Part shown: positions 1 to 13,362 of the stretch, in pieces | Layout: each line of letters opens with the position of its first letter | How positions within the stretch are numbered: the first letter of the stretch is position 1 | Source of the DNA: Eledone cirrhosa | Taxonomy: Eukaryota | Length of the DNA stretch: 64,000 nucleotides | Reading direction: 5' to 3' | NCBI GenBank assembly: GCA_964016885.1 | Contig: OZ024741.1 | Coordinates: forward strand, 328,910,001 to 328,974,000 | Translations under genes and position numbers: made by a program | Notes under the pieces: model-generated | Database searches by the model: none | Seen by the model: only the letters and a program-made list of their open reading frames with translations | Told to the model about the DNA's origin: nothing

Positions 1-1143
1 TTCAAACAGAATAAAAATATTTACGAAGAATGTAAACAAAAGGAAGATAACTCATTCACCATATTTGAGCATTAAACAATATATCTATTCTGAAATCAAG
101 TGATATTTCTAAACCATAAATCAACAATTTTCAAGTTAAATATTGAACTGTCCTGATCAAAAACTTAGGATACAGAGGCTGATATTTAAATTATTATAAT
201 AGATAAAACATCAATACATTATTACTCCGGTAAGGCAAAAATTATAAATATAAATATATTTATAAAAATTATTAATTGTCAATATTCTTTCGAAACTTGT
301 ATAATGCTTGGAATGTTTTCCGGTTCTATGTTGGCAGCTGCTAAATAATTCTTTTTTCTTATTAATTAAATTGTCACAATTTGTAACTATCAATAGAGTC
401 TCAAGATTGCAAAGATTGTAATTTGGCTAAATGGAAGCGTTCCGATAGGAATTGGCATTTTCTAGCCGTGTCCAAGGGATGGAGTATTTAATATTCTTGT
501 CCTTCAAAGACCATATTAATTGTGAGAGTGAAGTTGAAGATTTTTTGTCTGATTTCGAAAAGGATTTTTTATGATTGTACCAACGAAGTTTAAACTCAGG
601 TGAAGTCGCACCAATGTAGTTGTATATATTATTATTTGTCTTAATGGTGCATGTATATACTAGATTCTTGCTCAGGCAGTTATTTTGTAAGGGACATTTT
701 GACTTCCTTCTACAGTTACATTTCTTCTCGATGTTATTTCTGTACCCTAAACTATTCATATTATTATTATTATCTAAGGGTGTTCTACTATTATTCGTAT
801 TTCAGTTATTATTATTGTTATTCCCATTAAGTAATGTATTATTATTATTATTGTTATTATCGCTATTTAGATTTTGGTTCAAATTAAGATTTTTACTATA
901 TAATTTTGCTATATTTTGAGCAATATTCATAATTGTTGAATAAGAGAGTTTAACTGTGTGTCTATTGAAGATAGAGTAATATTTATGTGATCTATGGAAG
1001 CATGTATCCAAGGCTTTAAAAAATAAGTGTGCTAAAGGTGTTTTAATAGTTAAAGATGCTGGTGGAACATACCAGATTATACATCTAGTTCTTATTTTTT
1101 TCCCCGATTTATTCCTCAAGGTGTTGTTTTTATAGTCAATATT
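1..1143 (-). mobile_element. Penelope-like element (Naiad-type), 3' portion, decayed; copy 1
   Basis: ORFs 802-1143, 427-759 and 211-393 are one reading frame broken by TGA (802-804) and TAG (427-429). Motifs: IIWYVPP, IFNRHTVKLSYS, CNCRRKSKCPLQNNCL, LVY...YIG (GIY-YIG), FKLRWYNH, LINKKKELFSSCQH. AT-rich 3' UTR runs off the window edge. Confidence 0.85.
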
Positions 1144-1145
1144 AC

Positions 1146-1194
<49 letters not shown>
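1144..1194. repeat. (TTA)n microsatellite, insertion target
   Basis: Direct read. Similar tracts at about 5001-5051, 6943-6966, 9387-9446, 13303-13362, 14046-14068, 21953-21980, 28005-28061, 31383-31447, 34688-34717 and 36667-36712 separate every element. Confidence 0.97.
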
Positions 1195-1196
<2 letters not shown>

Positions 1197-4100
1197 AGTT
1201 GCATTTATCTTGCTTTATGTTCATACAAGTTATCACCAAGTCACAACCAGTGACCTCAAGAGACAACAAGGTCCGCCATGTTCAAGAAAGAACATACATA
1301 CTCACACATGCATCTTTAGTGTTTAGACTTGTGATGTACTTATATTGACAGAATCTTCCTTAGTATATGGGCAGTTCCCATTAGTACTATCTTTTGTATT
1401 TCTCCTATACGCGGGTTTCCTGGGATTTGCGATAAGTAATCATTAGACCACTTAGGTATCATTCCCAGAGCGCCTACAACCACTGGTATTGTTTTAGTTC
1501 TCAATTTCCACATTTTTCCAATTTCTATCTCCAGGTCCTTATACTTGCTCAATTTTTCAAATGTTTTTATAGATACATTCTTGTCTATTGGAACAGACAT
1601 ATCAATTAGCAGGCATACCCTCTTTTGAAAGTCTTTCAATATTATATCAGGTCTGTTTGCATCTATTTTTCGGTCTGTTTGAGATGTGATCTTTTTCAAG
1701 TATGGGAGGTGGTTGACGCTCCCACCAATTCTTTTGATGGGGCAGGTCAAAATGCTTACACATTATCCAATGTATGTATTGTGCAGCTCTGTCATGCCTG
1801 TTTAGGTATTCGGTTGGAGCTATAGGACTGCACATTGAAATTATATGGTCAATGGTCTCTGGTTGTTTTTTGCATACACGGCATAATGGGCTGCACCCAT
1901 TTTTTATTATGTTGGCTTGGTTAATTTTTGTTGGCAGACACTGATCTTGTGCCGATATAATCAGTCCTTCAGTCTCCGATTTCAGTCCAGAGGATGCCAA
2001 CCACTGATGAGTTAAAATGTTGTCAACATCAGGATTGTTAGCTCGCTCTGGGTATTTTCCATACAGAGGCTTTTCTTGCCATTTCTTAGCCAGTTTCTGT
2101 AGCAGTTCTTTCTTTGCAGTTACTTTTACCTGCTTTGCTTTTTCTGTGTTTTCCATTTCAGCAGTAAATGGGACTTCTGAAATTTGTAGTCCATTACTGT
2201 ATCTTTGTGCATCTTTTGTAATGGAATATGATCTTTTGATGCTTTCGTGTTTCAAAACGAGTTTGATCATCCAATCATGTGATTCCCTTAGATATGTAGA
2301 TAATCCAATTGTTGCAGTTTTCAACGCAATGTCTAACTGGATTAACCCACGTCCTCCATCTTTCCTAGGGAGATATATTCTATCTATATCTGCCTTAGGG
2401 TGATGCATTCTGGGGCATGGTTAAGAATTTGCGAATTTTTGTATCGAGCCTACGGATCTCTGTGCTTGACCAGTTGATGACATTGTAACTGTAGGTTACT
2501 ACTGGTATGTCAAGCGTGTGAATGGCATCGATCCTATTCCTTGCATTCAATTCCGTTCTTAAGATTGGTCTTACTCTGCGGTAACATTCCTTCCTTAGCC
2601 TTTCCCTCATTGTCGAGTGCTTGATTCCGTCTCCTTCACAAACACCTAGATATTTGTAAGTTTTTTCTTGATCAAGTTCTCTTATCACGTTCCCCCGATC
2701 AAGATTAATGTCTGAACTCTTCAGCAGCTTTCCTCTGGTGAACGTTGCTTTGGCGCATTTATCTAGTCCAAACTCCATTTTAATGTCATCACTGAACTGC
2801 TTCACAGTGGATAATAGCCCTTGCAATTGTTCATCATTTTTTGCAATTAGTTTCAGGTCATCCATGTAGAACAGGTGATTAATGGTTTTGTCATAGACTT
2901 TATATCCATGTTTTGTTTCATTGAGCATTTTACTTAATGGTATAAGTGCGATGCAGAATAAAAGCGGTGATAAAGAGTCACCCTGAAAAATTCCACATTT
3001 AATATTAACTTCTCCAGCTTCCAGTGATTTTGTTTCACTATTCAAAAGGAGTGTCGTTTTCCATGTCTTCATACTGAATGACAAAAACCTCCTGACAACA
3101 GGGGATACTTTGAAAATCTCTAAACATTTTTCAATCCAACTGTGTGGCAAACTATCAAATGCTTTTTTATAATCTATCCAAGCAATCGATAGATTTTTGT
3201 GTCTATTATGACAATCTTCCAGTATCATTTTGTTAACCAGAAGCTGATCCTTACAGCCATATGAGCCTCGTTTACACCCTTTGTGCTCAATGGGAAATAG
3301 GTCATTTGTTATCAGGTGGTCATATGTGTATTCAGTTAGGACTGATGTTAACATTTTATACATTGTGGTCAAGCAAGTTATCGGTCTGTAATTTTTGGGA
3401 TTGTTTGTCTCATCATTCTTCGGAAGCAGGAATGTAATGCCGTTAACTAGCCATGAAGGTATCTTTTCTGGCTCCTTAACTATTTCATTGTAAAGTTGGG
3501 CTAACAGCTCATGAGACTCTGTGAAGGCATTTATCCAAAAGTTTTGTATTTTGTCTTTTCCTGGGGATTTCCATTTGCTGGTTTTTCATAGAGCCAAGCG
3601 CAACTGTTCAACTGTTATATTTTCCCATGTTTGTTCCTCAAGGTGAGCTGTATCATTCATGTGTCTGTCTATCCATGGGTCATGTATGTTATGAACTTTT
3701 TCATCGGCCCAGATCTTTTCCCAGAATTCTTGCACTTCCTCCTTGGGTGGTGTGATTTAGCAGTTATTGTTGACTTACCAATTTTTCTGTAGAAGTTTCT
3801 TTGGTTGTTTTTGAACATATTATTGTCATTATAGAATCTAGATCGTTTTTCAAAGCGCCTTATACGAGCAGCTTTGGCCGACACTTTTTGCTTGATTATT
3901 TCTATCAGTATGTCTATGTCACATGTTGATTTTATACTGTACTTTCTTTTCAATTTTCTAAGTTTAGTTTGTTTAACATGTTCACCTACTTTATAGTTTG
4001 TTAAAATTTCTATGTCAGATCGGAGAAGGTTTATTTGGCGATTGATGTTCTCTTGCCAAGTAGATTTCTTGTGGGAATTCCTTTGTTTTTTCATCTTCAC

Positions 4101-4975
4101 TCCACATAAGTGAGTGGTGACTTTAGCCGATGCATAATAGAGATGATTTAAATCAGTAATGTTTAGTTTGTTTGTGATGATAATGTTTTTGAGAATTATG
4201 TTAGTCTTGTGTATTATCTTTTGGTTCTGTTTAGAGTTCTGGATCTTAGGGAGGGTGTCTCGTTGCCCCATGTCAGATTCTTTCATTTTCATCCATTCGA
4301 TCATAATTTCATCCTTCAAGTTGGCAAGTTCATTCTCATTCATTTCCTTATCATTTACGATCACATTATTTTCATTTGGAGCATCCTGAGCATGCACTCC
4401 CTCCACTTTTTCGATCCTTTCTTTAATTTGTTCTGTTGCCAGTGATTCCGCCCCAACCCTGGGATTCGAAGTGTTACAGTTTACCTCGTTTTCACTGACA
4501 CATGTTTCATTTTCCCTTCGCTGACTTTGTGCTAATAGCTTGATCTGATCAATTTCTATATCAGTTAGTAACTTTTTTCTTACAATATTTCTTCGTATAT
4601 TGGCTAGTTTGTTACTGTCAATATAGCCTCTGTTTTCGGGATGTTTCTTTTTCCAGTTGATATATGTTTGTTCTGTATACGATATATTTGATGGGTAGTA
4701 CATGGCAGTGTAGAAAGCCTCAAGGACTTCTTTATTATCTTCCCTTGACCATTTTTCTCTCTTTTTCTTTGGATTTCTTGGTGGTGAGCATGGAGGGCCA
4801 ACAGTAGGAGTATTCCGGTTATGGGAGGTCTCCAGCTCCGAAGTGATGGGAAGGTTTGAACCATTAGCTGATTTTTCGACCCCAGTCTGGTTCCTCTCTG
4901 AGGGGCGCGGCCCTTTTTTACCCGGGTGACGGCCGATACGGTATGAGATTTTATCATTAGACATTTATTTATCTT
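1195..4975 (-). mobile_element. R4/Dong-clade non-LTR retrotransposon, family A, near full length, frameshifted
   Basis: ORF pieces 3669-4964, 2395-3372, 1647-2408 and 1340-1750. RT motifs [28 protein letters not shown]; CCHC CRVC..ETIDHIISMC, RHD; REL nuclease NRPDIIL..IDMSVP..EKLSKY. 3' end abuts (TAA)n. Confidence 0.93.
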
Positions 4976-5000
4976 ACAATATTTCTTCTTCTTCTTCTTC

Positions 5001-5031
<31 letters not shown>

Positions 5032-5060
5032 CATTATTATTATTATTATTACTGTTGTTA

Positions 5061-6942
5061 TTCCTTGAATCTCAGTCATTGATGTTGGTTAACTGGAAAG
5101 TCCGTTGGATTGAATATCAAGCCACTACCTGCAGCCTCAGATATTCAGGACGTATCGGAGGGTTCTTGCTGTTCCAAGCAAGCATGCCTTTTGAAGCGTT
5201 CCAAAAAGCGTGAAGGGGCCAATTTTCTTTAACCATCCCTGGAAACTTTTGGAGATAGTCCCCAGTGCGCCTATGACAATCAGGATCACTTTGACTTCAT
5301 GGCAGTTCCAAATCCTTTTCACCTCCCACTTTAGGTCCTGGTATCGGTTAATTTTCTCCCTCTCCTTCTCTTGCACTCTCGTGTCGAACGGGCAGGCCAC
5401 ATCCACAATCAGACACGATCTTTTTTCTTTGTCCACAACCACCAGGTCAGGTCTATTGTGTTCCAGTTTTTTGTCCGTCTGTATCCTAAAATCCCACAGC
5501 ACCTTCACCTGATTGTTCTCCATCACCGCCTCTGGCCTATGCTCATACCATTTCTCAGAATGTGGTAAATTGTTTACTTTGCACAGGTGCCAGTGGATCA
5601 CCCTGCCCATCACATCGTGTCTCCAGCCCTTATAGTGGGTCTGGGCTAGGTGTTTACACTCGGACACAATGTGAGCCACAGTCTCCTCTCTCTCTCCACA
5701 GATCCTGCACAGTGGGCTAGCCTCCTCCTTGTAAATATGGTGCTTCAACCACTTCGTTTTGAGGGCCTGCTCCTGCGCAGCCATTAGCATTCCTTCTGTA
5801 GCCTTTTTGAGGTCTCCTCTTCTCAACCAGTTCCATGTCTGTGGATCTCTAAATTCAGTTTTCTCAAAGAAGGTACTATGAAGGGATTTTCCCTTAAGGC
5901 TGCTCTTCCTCCTTGATGCTATTTCCTCCTTGGACATCCCCTGGCCTACTGTCCCCTCCTTCAGTACAGTTCTGAGCATTTGCTCCTTACTATAGGTCAC
6001 GTATTTGTATAGGTTGTTTTTCTCTATCTGAACACAGTCCTCTATGCTGATAAGACCTCTTCCACCCTCAGATCTCCATAGGTAGAGTCTATCGACATCA
6101 CTCCTCTTGTGGAACATGTTGTAGATAGTCAATAGCTTCCTAGTCTTCCTATCCATTTCTTTTTGTTCAGCAACATTCCATCTCAGAATTCCCGCACTGT
6201 ACCTAATAATAGACACAGCTCGGGAATTTACTGCGCTTATGGCATTTCTGCTGTTCAGATGTGACTTCAATACGCTCCTTACTCTCCGAATGTATTCAGT
6301 TCTTAACAATTCCTTCATTTTTTTGTTCTTTATGTCATCAGCCTCCAGAACGCCCAAATACTTGTATCCTTCCTCAGAGTCAATTTCCTTTATCATCTCA
6401 CCTGTTGGTATCTGGATCCCGTTACTTCTGCTCAACCTACCCCTCCTCATCACAATGACTCCAGATTTACCAATACCAAACTGCATACATATATCACTGC
6501 TGAAAATACGGACAGTGTCAACAAGCACATCCAACTCCTTCTCACTTTTCCCGAAGAGCTTAAGATCGTCCATGAAGAGGAGGTGATTGATGGTAAGCTC
6601 TCCCCGTCCCAACTTGTATCCTGCTCTCACTTTTCGCAGCATAATGGTCAAGGGCATCAGGGCAAGGACAAACAACAGAGGGGACAGGCTATCTCCCTGG
6701 AAGATACCTCTCTTGATCTTCACGCTTCCCAAGGATACTCCAGTTGATGTTAACTCTGTCTCCCAGGACCCCATACTCCTGCCTAGCAACTGTCTGATGT
6801 TATCTGCCACCCTGAAGATCTCCAGGCTTTTGGTGATCCAGGAATGAGGCACCATGTCAAATGCCTTTCTGTAGTCTATCCATCCCATGGCAAGATCAGT
6901 GTGTCTCCTCCTGCAATTCCCCATTACCATCTTATCAATAAG
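5061..6942 (-). mobile_element. R4/Dong-clade element, family B, 5'-truncated with open RT-REL frame
   Basis: ORF 5137-6972 (N-terminus is microsatellite-derived): [56 protein letters not shown]. Confidence 0.93.
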
Positions 6943-6966
6943 TAATATTATTATTATTATTATTAT

Positions 6967-9385
6967 TTGCATTTATCTTGCTTTATGTTTATACGAGTTA
7001 TCACCAAGTCACAACCAGTGACCTCAAGAGACAACAAGATCCGCCATGTTCAAGAAAGAACATACATATTCACACATGCATCCTTAGTGTTTAGACTTGT
7101 GATGTACTTATATTGACAGGATCTTCCTTAGTATATGGGCAGTTCCCATTAGTACTATCTTTTGTATTTCTCCTATACGCGGGTTTCCTGGGATTTGCGA
7201 TAAGTAGTCGTTAGACCCCTTAGGTATCATTCCCAGAGCGCCTACAACCACTGGTATTGTTTTAGTTCTCAATTTCCACATTTTTCCAATTTCTATCTCC
7301 AGGTCCTTATACTTGCTCAATTTTTCAAATGTTTTTATAGATACATTCTTGTCTATTGGAACAGACATATCAATTAGCAGGCATACCCTCCTTTGAAAGT
7401 CCTTCAATATTATATCAGGTCTATTTGCATCTATTTTTCGGTCTGTTTGGATGCTAAAGTTCCACAAGATTGAGATGTGATCTTTTTCAAGTATGGGAGG
7501 TGGTTGATGCTCCCACCAATTCTTTTGATGGGGCAGGTCAAAATGCTTACACATTATCCAATGTATGTATTGTGCAGCTCTGTCATGCCTGTTTAGGTAT
7601 TCGGTTGGAGCTATAGGACTGCACATTGAAATTATATGGTCAATGGTCTCTGGTTGTTTTTTTGCATACACGGCATAATGGGCTGCACCCATTTTTTATT
7701 ATGTTGGCTTGGTAATTTTTTGTTGGCAGACACTGATCTTGTGCGGATATAATCAGTCCTTCAGTCTCCGATTTCAGTCCAGAGGATGCCAACCACTGAT
7801 GGGTTAAAGTTTTGTCAACATCAGGATTGTTAGCTCGCTCTGGGTATTTTCCATACAGAGGCTTTTCTTGCCATTTCTTAGCCAGTTTCTGTAGCAGTTC
7901 TTTCTTTGCAGTTACTTTTACCTGCTTTGCTTTTTCTGTGTTTTCCATTTCAGCAGTAAATGGGACTTCTGAAATTTGTAGTCCATTACTGTATCTTTGT
8001 GCATCTTTTGTAATGGAATATGATCTTTTGGTGCTTTCGTGTTTCAAAACGAGTTTGATCATCCAATCATGTGATTCCCTTAGATATGTGGATAATCCAA
8101 TTGTTGCAGTTTTCAACGCAATGTCTAACTGGATTAACCCACGTCCTCCTTCTTTCCTAGGGAGATATATTCTATCTATGTCTGCCTTAGGGTGATGCAT
8201 TCTGTGCATGGTTAAGAATTTTCGGATTTTTGTATCGAGCCTACGGATCTCTGTGCTTGACCAGTTGATGACATTGTAACTGTAGGTTACTACTGGTATG
8301 GCAAGCGTGTTTATGGCATCGATCCTATTCCTTGCATTCAATTCCGTTCTTAAGATTGCTCTGACTCTGCGGTAACATTCCTTCCTTATCCTTTCCCTCA
8401 TTGTCGAGTGCTTGATTCCGTCTCCTTCACAAACACCTAGATATTTGTAAGTTTGTTCTTGATCAAGCTCTCTTATCACATTCCCCCGATCAAGGTTAAT
8501 GTCTGAACTCTTCAGCAGCTTTCCTCTGGTGAACGTTGCTTTGGCGCATTTATCCAGTCCAAACTCCATTTTAATGTCATCACTGAACTGCTTCACAGTG
8601 GATAATAGCCCTTGCAATTGTTCATCATTTTTTGCAAATAGTTTCAGGTCATCCATGTAGAACAGGTGATTAATGGTTTTGTCATAGACTCTATATCCAT
8701 GTTTTGTTTCATTGAGCATTTTACTTAATGGTATAAGTGCGATGCAGAATAAAAGCGGTGATAAAGAGTCACCCTGAAAAATTCCACAATTAATGTTAAC
8801 TTCTCCAGCTTCCAGTGATTTTGTTTCACTATTCAAAAGGAGTGTCGTTCTCCATGTCCTCATACTGAATGACAAAAACCTCCTGACAACGGGGGATATT
8901 TTGAAAATCTCTAAACATTTTTCAATCCAACTGTGTGGCAAACTATCAAATGCTTTTTTATAATCTATCCAAGCAATCGATAGGTTTTTGTGTCTATTAT
9001 GACAATCTTCCAGTATCATTTTGTTAACCAGAAGCTGATCCTTACAGCCATATGAGCCTCGTTTACACCCTTTGTGCTCAATGGGAAATAGGTCATTTGT
9101 TATCAGGTGGTCATATGTGTATTCAGTTAGGACTGATGTTAAAATTTTATACATTGTGGTCAAGCAGGTTATCGGTCTGTAATTTTTGGGATTGTTTGTC
9201 TCATCATTCTTCGGTAGCAGGAATGTAATGCCGTTAACTAGCCATGATGGTATCTTTTCTGGCTCCTTAACTATTTCATTGTAAAGTTGGGCTAACAGCT
9301 CATGAGACTCTGTGAAGGCATTTATCCAAAAGTTTTGTATTTTGTCTTTTCCTGGGGATTTCCATTTGCTGGTTTTTCTTAGAGC

Positions 9386-9387
<2 letters not shown>
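6967..9387 (-). mobile_element. R4/Dong family A, 5'-truncated second insertion
   Basis: ORFs 7640-9388 and 7108-7692 (one frameshift). Same RT/REL motifs. Lacks the small deletion carried by the 1195-4975 copy near 1680. Confidence 0.93.
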
Positions 9388-9446
<59 letters not shown>

Positions 9447-12400
9447 GTCGACCTACGAAGGAAATCGTATTATCGTGAGCTCCGCAAAGGTTTGTTGTTT
9501 TCAGTTGTTCCTAATTGCCATTTATGGAAAATGTTTGTTGTTAAGTGTTTATAAGGTCACATATATTGCTTTCGGAAAAGGACACTCAAAATAATTGGGG
9601 CCTTGAGCACAAAATTTAAACTTTTATAATTATCAAACAAAAAGTTTCTTTGAAAAGATTATGGCCGACTCACAGCCACACCATCTGACAGCGTTCCTCA
9701 CAAACTAACACCTCACACCAACACCAACATTGTAAATATTACTACGTTTGCCAACACCTAAAATATAAGCAGTAGCAATAATTAAAATTTGTCTCATGCA
9801 GACATTCATTTCCCCCCATTACCAAACACTGCAGGTGTTAAAGCCGCCAACCCCACCACCACCACAGCGACAACAGAAACAAAATAAAAAAATAAAGTAT
9901 TATCTTGTAATATCGAAATGTATTCACGCAGAATCGACTCTTCCACACCGAACACAATTCACGCCACCACCACCACAACTGAAACTAAAAATAACAATAA
10001 CATAAATAAAAATAACAACAGCAACAATAACAATGAGAATAACAACAAAAACATCAACACCACCGTGTCGTTTGCCAAAGTAGCCAAAAAATGCGAAAAA
10101 AATCCAGGTAACTGCATAAATGCGCGTGGCTTGAGATCGTCATGGAAGCAGGGCCACCTGCTCAACGATCTAAAGTCACTAAACATAGATGTAGTGGCCA
10201 TCAGCGAGACCAGAATCTCTGAAGCACGGGCCTTCACACCGATCTTTGGTGGCTACGATGTGTACGCATCTCCCAGCCGTCCGGGATCGGGGGTAGGAGT
10301 TGCTGTGCTTTTTCCGAGAGGTTTGGATCTCGCCATACGGACCATCTTCCTGGACCCAGAAGGTAAGTTGGTGGTGCTGGACGTGACCAGCGGAGACGGG
10401 CAAGCTTTCAGGTTAGTGGCCGTCTATGCCCCGACAGGAGCAGGGCGGCCTGATTTCTTCCGGCGTCTGGAGACCTTTCTTGGAACGTCCCGCTCTTTAG
10501 TGTTAGTGGGCGACTGGAACGGGATCTTAGATGCACTCTGGGACTGTGTGGGATTAGCGGATAGCGGAGGAGGGTGCAAGTGTCTCACCAACCTGCTCAG
10601 GCGTTTTGAACTGTCTGACAGGTACCGATTGGATTTCCCGAATGTGCCAATGTGGACTTGGACAAATCTCATAGGGTCATCCAGATCATATCTAGATAGA
10701 GTATTTTGTAGGAAAATAGATAGGTCTAGCATAGGCTGTCCACAATTCAAGATAGTCAGCTACACGGACCACAAATTTGTGATCTGTGTGCTTGATTTAG
10801 ATAGGCTTCATAGACGAGGACCCGGAAGCTAAACGCATCCTTACCAGCGGGCAAAGCCGGATTAGCGAACTAGTTAAGCGGGCGTTGACGGGGGCCATCG
10901 TCAACAACAAGTGGTGGTTTCCTCTGAAAAGAGCAATTAGAATATAGTCCATTAGGTTTAGTAAGGCTTTAGCAATAGAGAAAAATAGAGCAGAGGGAGA
11001 ATTAGTTAGAAGATTAGACGAGGCGCTTAGCAAAGGCATCGCGACCGACGTACTTGCGGCGAAATTGGCCCTTGACCAATTCTTCAATGCAAATCACGAA
11101 GGGTGCGTTGTCAGAGCTAGGGTGCGTGCTCTCAGACACGAGTGGACGAAAGCCGTTCAATGGGCCCGAGTGGCGGAGGCGCGTCGTGGCAACAAAACCG
11201 CGATCCGGTCTTTGGTGTACCACGACGGGCGCATGCTACTCAATCCCGAGCAAATGTGTGAAGCTTTCCAGCGACACTTCGCCCAGCTGTTCGGGGGCAG
11301 CGGCGGGCCGAATCGAGGGATGGACTTTAATGTCTACCTCGACGGACTGCCGCGGCTCTCGGCCACTGAGGCGGAGTGTTGCGAAAAGCCGATAACAGCC
11401 GCTGATGTACAGGAAGCAATGACTGGCTGCACAAGGGTTAAATCGCCTGGTTTGGATGGTCTGCCCTATGAACTTTACGTACAAATGCCAGACTTGTTCG
11501 GAGGCCTCTTGGCAGATGTCTACTGCAACTGGCAACAGAACGGGAGAATTCCCAGCTCTGTGAGCCGAGGAGCGGTGTAGCTGCTGAGAAAGGATCCGAA
11601 CAAGGGGGATAACATAGATAATTTCAGGCCATAACTTTGCTAAACGCAGAGTTCAAGATTTTGGCCAAGGTGCTAGCAAAGAGGTTGGCGCTTGTCGTTG
11701 GTGGTCTGGTGGGAGAGGCGCAGACATGCGCCATTCTCGACAGATCCATCCACGACAACCTCCACCTCATGCGATACATCGTAGAGAGGGTAGCTAGGGA
11801 ACCTGGCACGGGTGGATCCTTGATCAATTTAGATCAGTTGAAAGCTTTCGATAGGGTCGACCACCGTTACCTAGCGGCAGTCCTGAGGGCAGTTGGCTTT
11901 GGGCCCGTCTTCAGAGGCCGGATCGCTGCCATGCACAGCGACATCTGCTCTGTGGTGAGAGTGAACGGTCACCTTTCGGAACCGTTCAACATCATGCGCT
12001 CGGTCCGCCAAGGATATCCCCTCTCGTCCCTCTTGTACGTATTGACTCTCGAGCCATTAGTGCACAAACTGGAGACGTTGAGGGAGTCCACGCGAAATAG
12101 GATGCGGAAGATGCGTGTCCGCATATGCGGACGATGTCAACGTAGTGGTGCCGAACGCCAAACACATCGAGGCGATCGGCACTACACTAAGAGAATACGA
12201 AGCGGTGACAGGAGCAATGATCAACCAGGAAAAGTCAGTGGGCCTGCATCTCGGCACCTGGAGAGGCAGGTCCATGCCGTCCAACAGCGTCATCGGGCGC
12301 TGGACGGACGGACCTGTTAAATTGCTAGGGGTCTGGTTCGGTCCGGACCTCCAGATGGACAAAAACTGGAACGAGGTGACGAGCAGGGTGGCTTCTCTCA

Positions 12401-13302
12401 CCCAGAAATGGGTCGAGAGGAAGCTATCCCTGAAAGGTCGAGCGGAGGTGGCTAACGCCTACATGGCGTCCGTCATCTACTACCGCCTGACCGTCGAAAA
12501 TCAACTAACCAATCTCTTCGGAAGGACTTTCGGTCCGGGGCCTATGGACAACTTCCAGAAATCCCTGGCCTGGAAGTGCTACCGGGGAGCTTTGCCAGTT
12601 CGGGATAAACTCTACAGGCATGGACGTGCCGTCAGCTGGGCATGTCCGAGATGCGCGCAGGGCGACAAAACCGTGCTGCACGCACTCGTCCAGTGTCCAA
12701 GCATTGCTGACTTGTGGGTTTATGTCGAACACCTGCAGTCACGTGTAGGACGGATCCAGCTATCAGCTGAGTCCATCGTGAGGATTGCCCCGCCCTCTTC
12801 CTTAAGCCGGGAAGGGCAGGCAGATTTTATATGTCTGGTGGCCATGGCGAACGAGATAGTATGGTTGACACGTTTGAAAGGGCTGAAGACGAGCACTTAC
12901 CTCTTCGGTGATGCCCTGATTAACTTTTTCAAATTTCATTTGAAAAGGAAAATCAGGGTAGAGAGGGAATGGCTCTCTTCCCAGCATTTTGTTGAAAGAT
13001 GGATGAGAGAAGCAAGTATGGCCCGAGTGAATGGGGCTACTCTGAGTATGTGTCTGTAAATTAAAGGTAGAAAACTGGGAGAGGGCACTTGCCCTGGTGG
13101 TCAGGGTCACTGCGGTCTTTTAATGGGGTTTCTCCACAAATGTCCCTCAGAAGTCTCCCCCCTATTGGGGAATTTTTCTTTGTTATTTTATTACATCCTC
13201 TGTTTTTTTACACGCAGAAATGCCCATTTGTACCGTCCTGTATTGTCCTGTACTGTCCTTAATGTCTACTTTATGTAAACCCTTGTGGTTAATAAAGAAA
13301 AC
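9447..13302 (+). mobile_element. Tx1/L1-clade element, degenerate, with a distinct 5' end; copy 1
   Basis: APE (INARG, ISETR, GDWN, YLDR, TDH) and RT (YADD) fragments in ORFs 9918-10832, 11065-11580, 11637-12320 and 12115-13059. Stops, frameshifts and an internal deletion of about 430 bp at about 12495. 3' UTR ends AATAAAGAAAAC then (ATT)n. Confidence 0.92.

Positions 13303-13362
<60 letters not shown>

Noticed and set aside
802-804. In-frame TGA in the Naiad frame (also 21615-21617) as selenocysteine, since some Naiad PLEs are reported to encode selenoproteins
   Set aside because: It lies in a low-complexity Asn linker rather than at a conserved Cys. The same frame also has a TAG, the two copies are duplicates, and I saw no SECIS. 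Decay is more likely.
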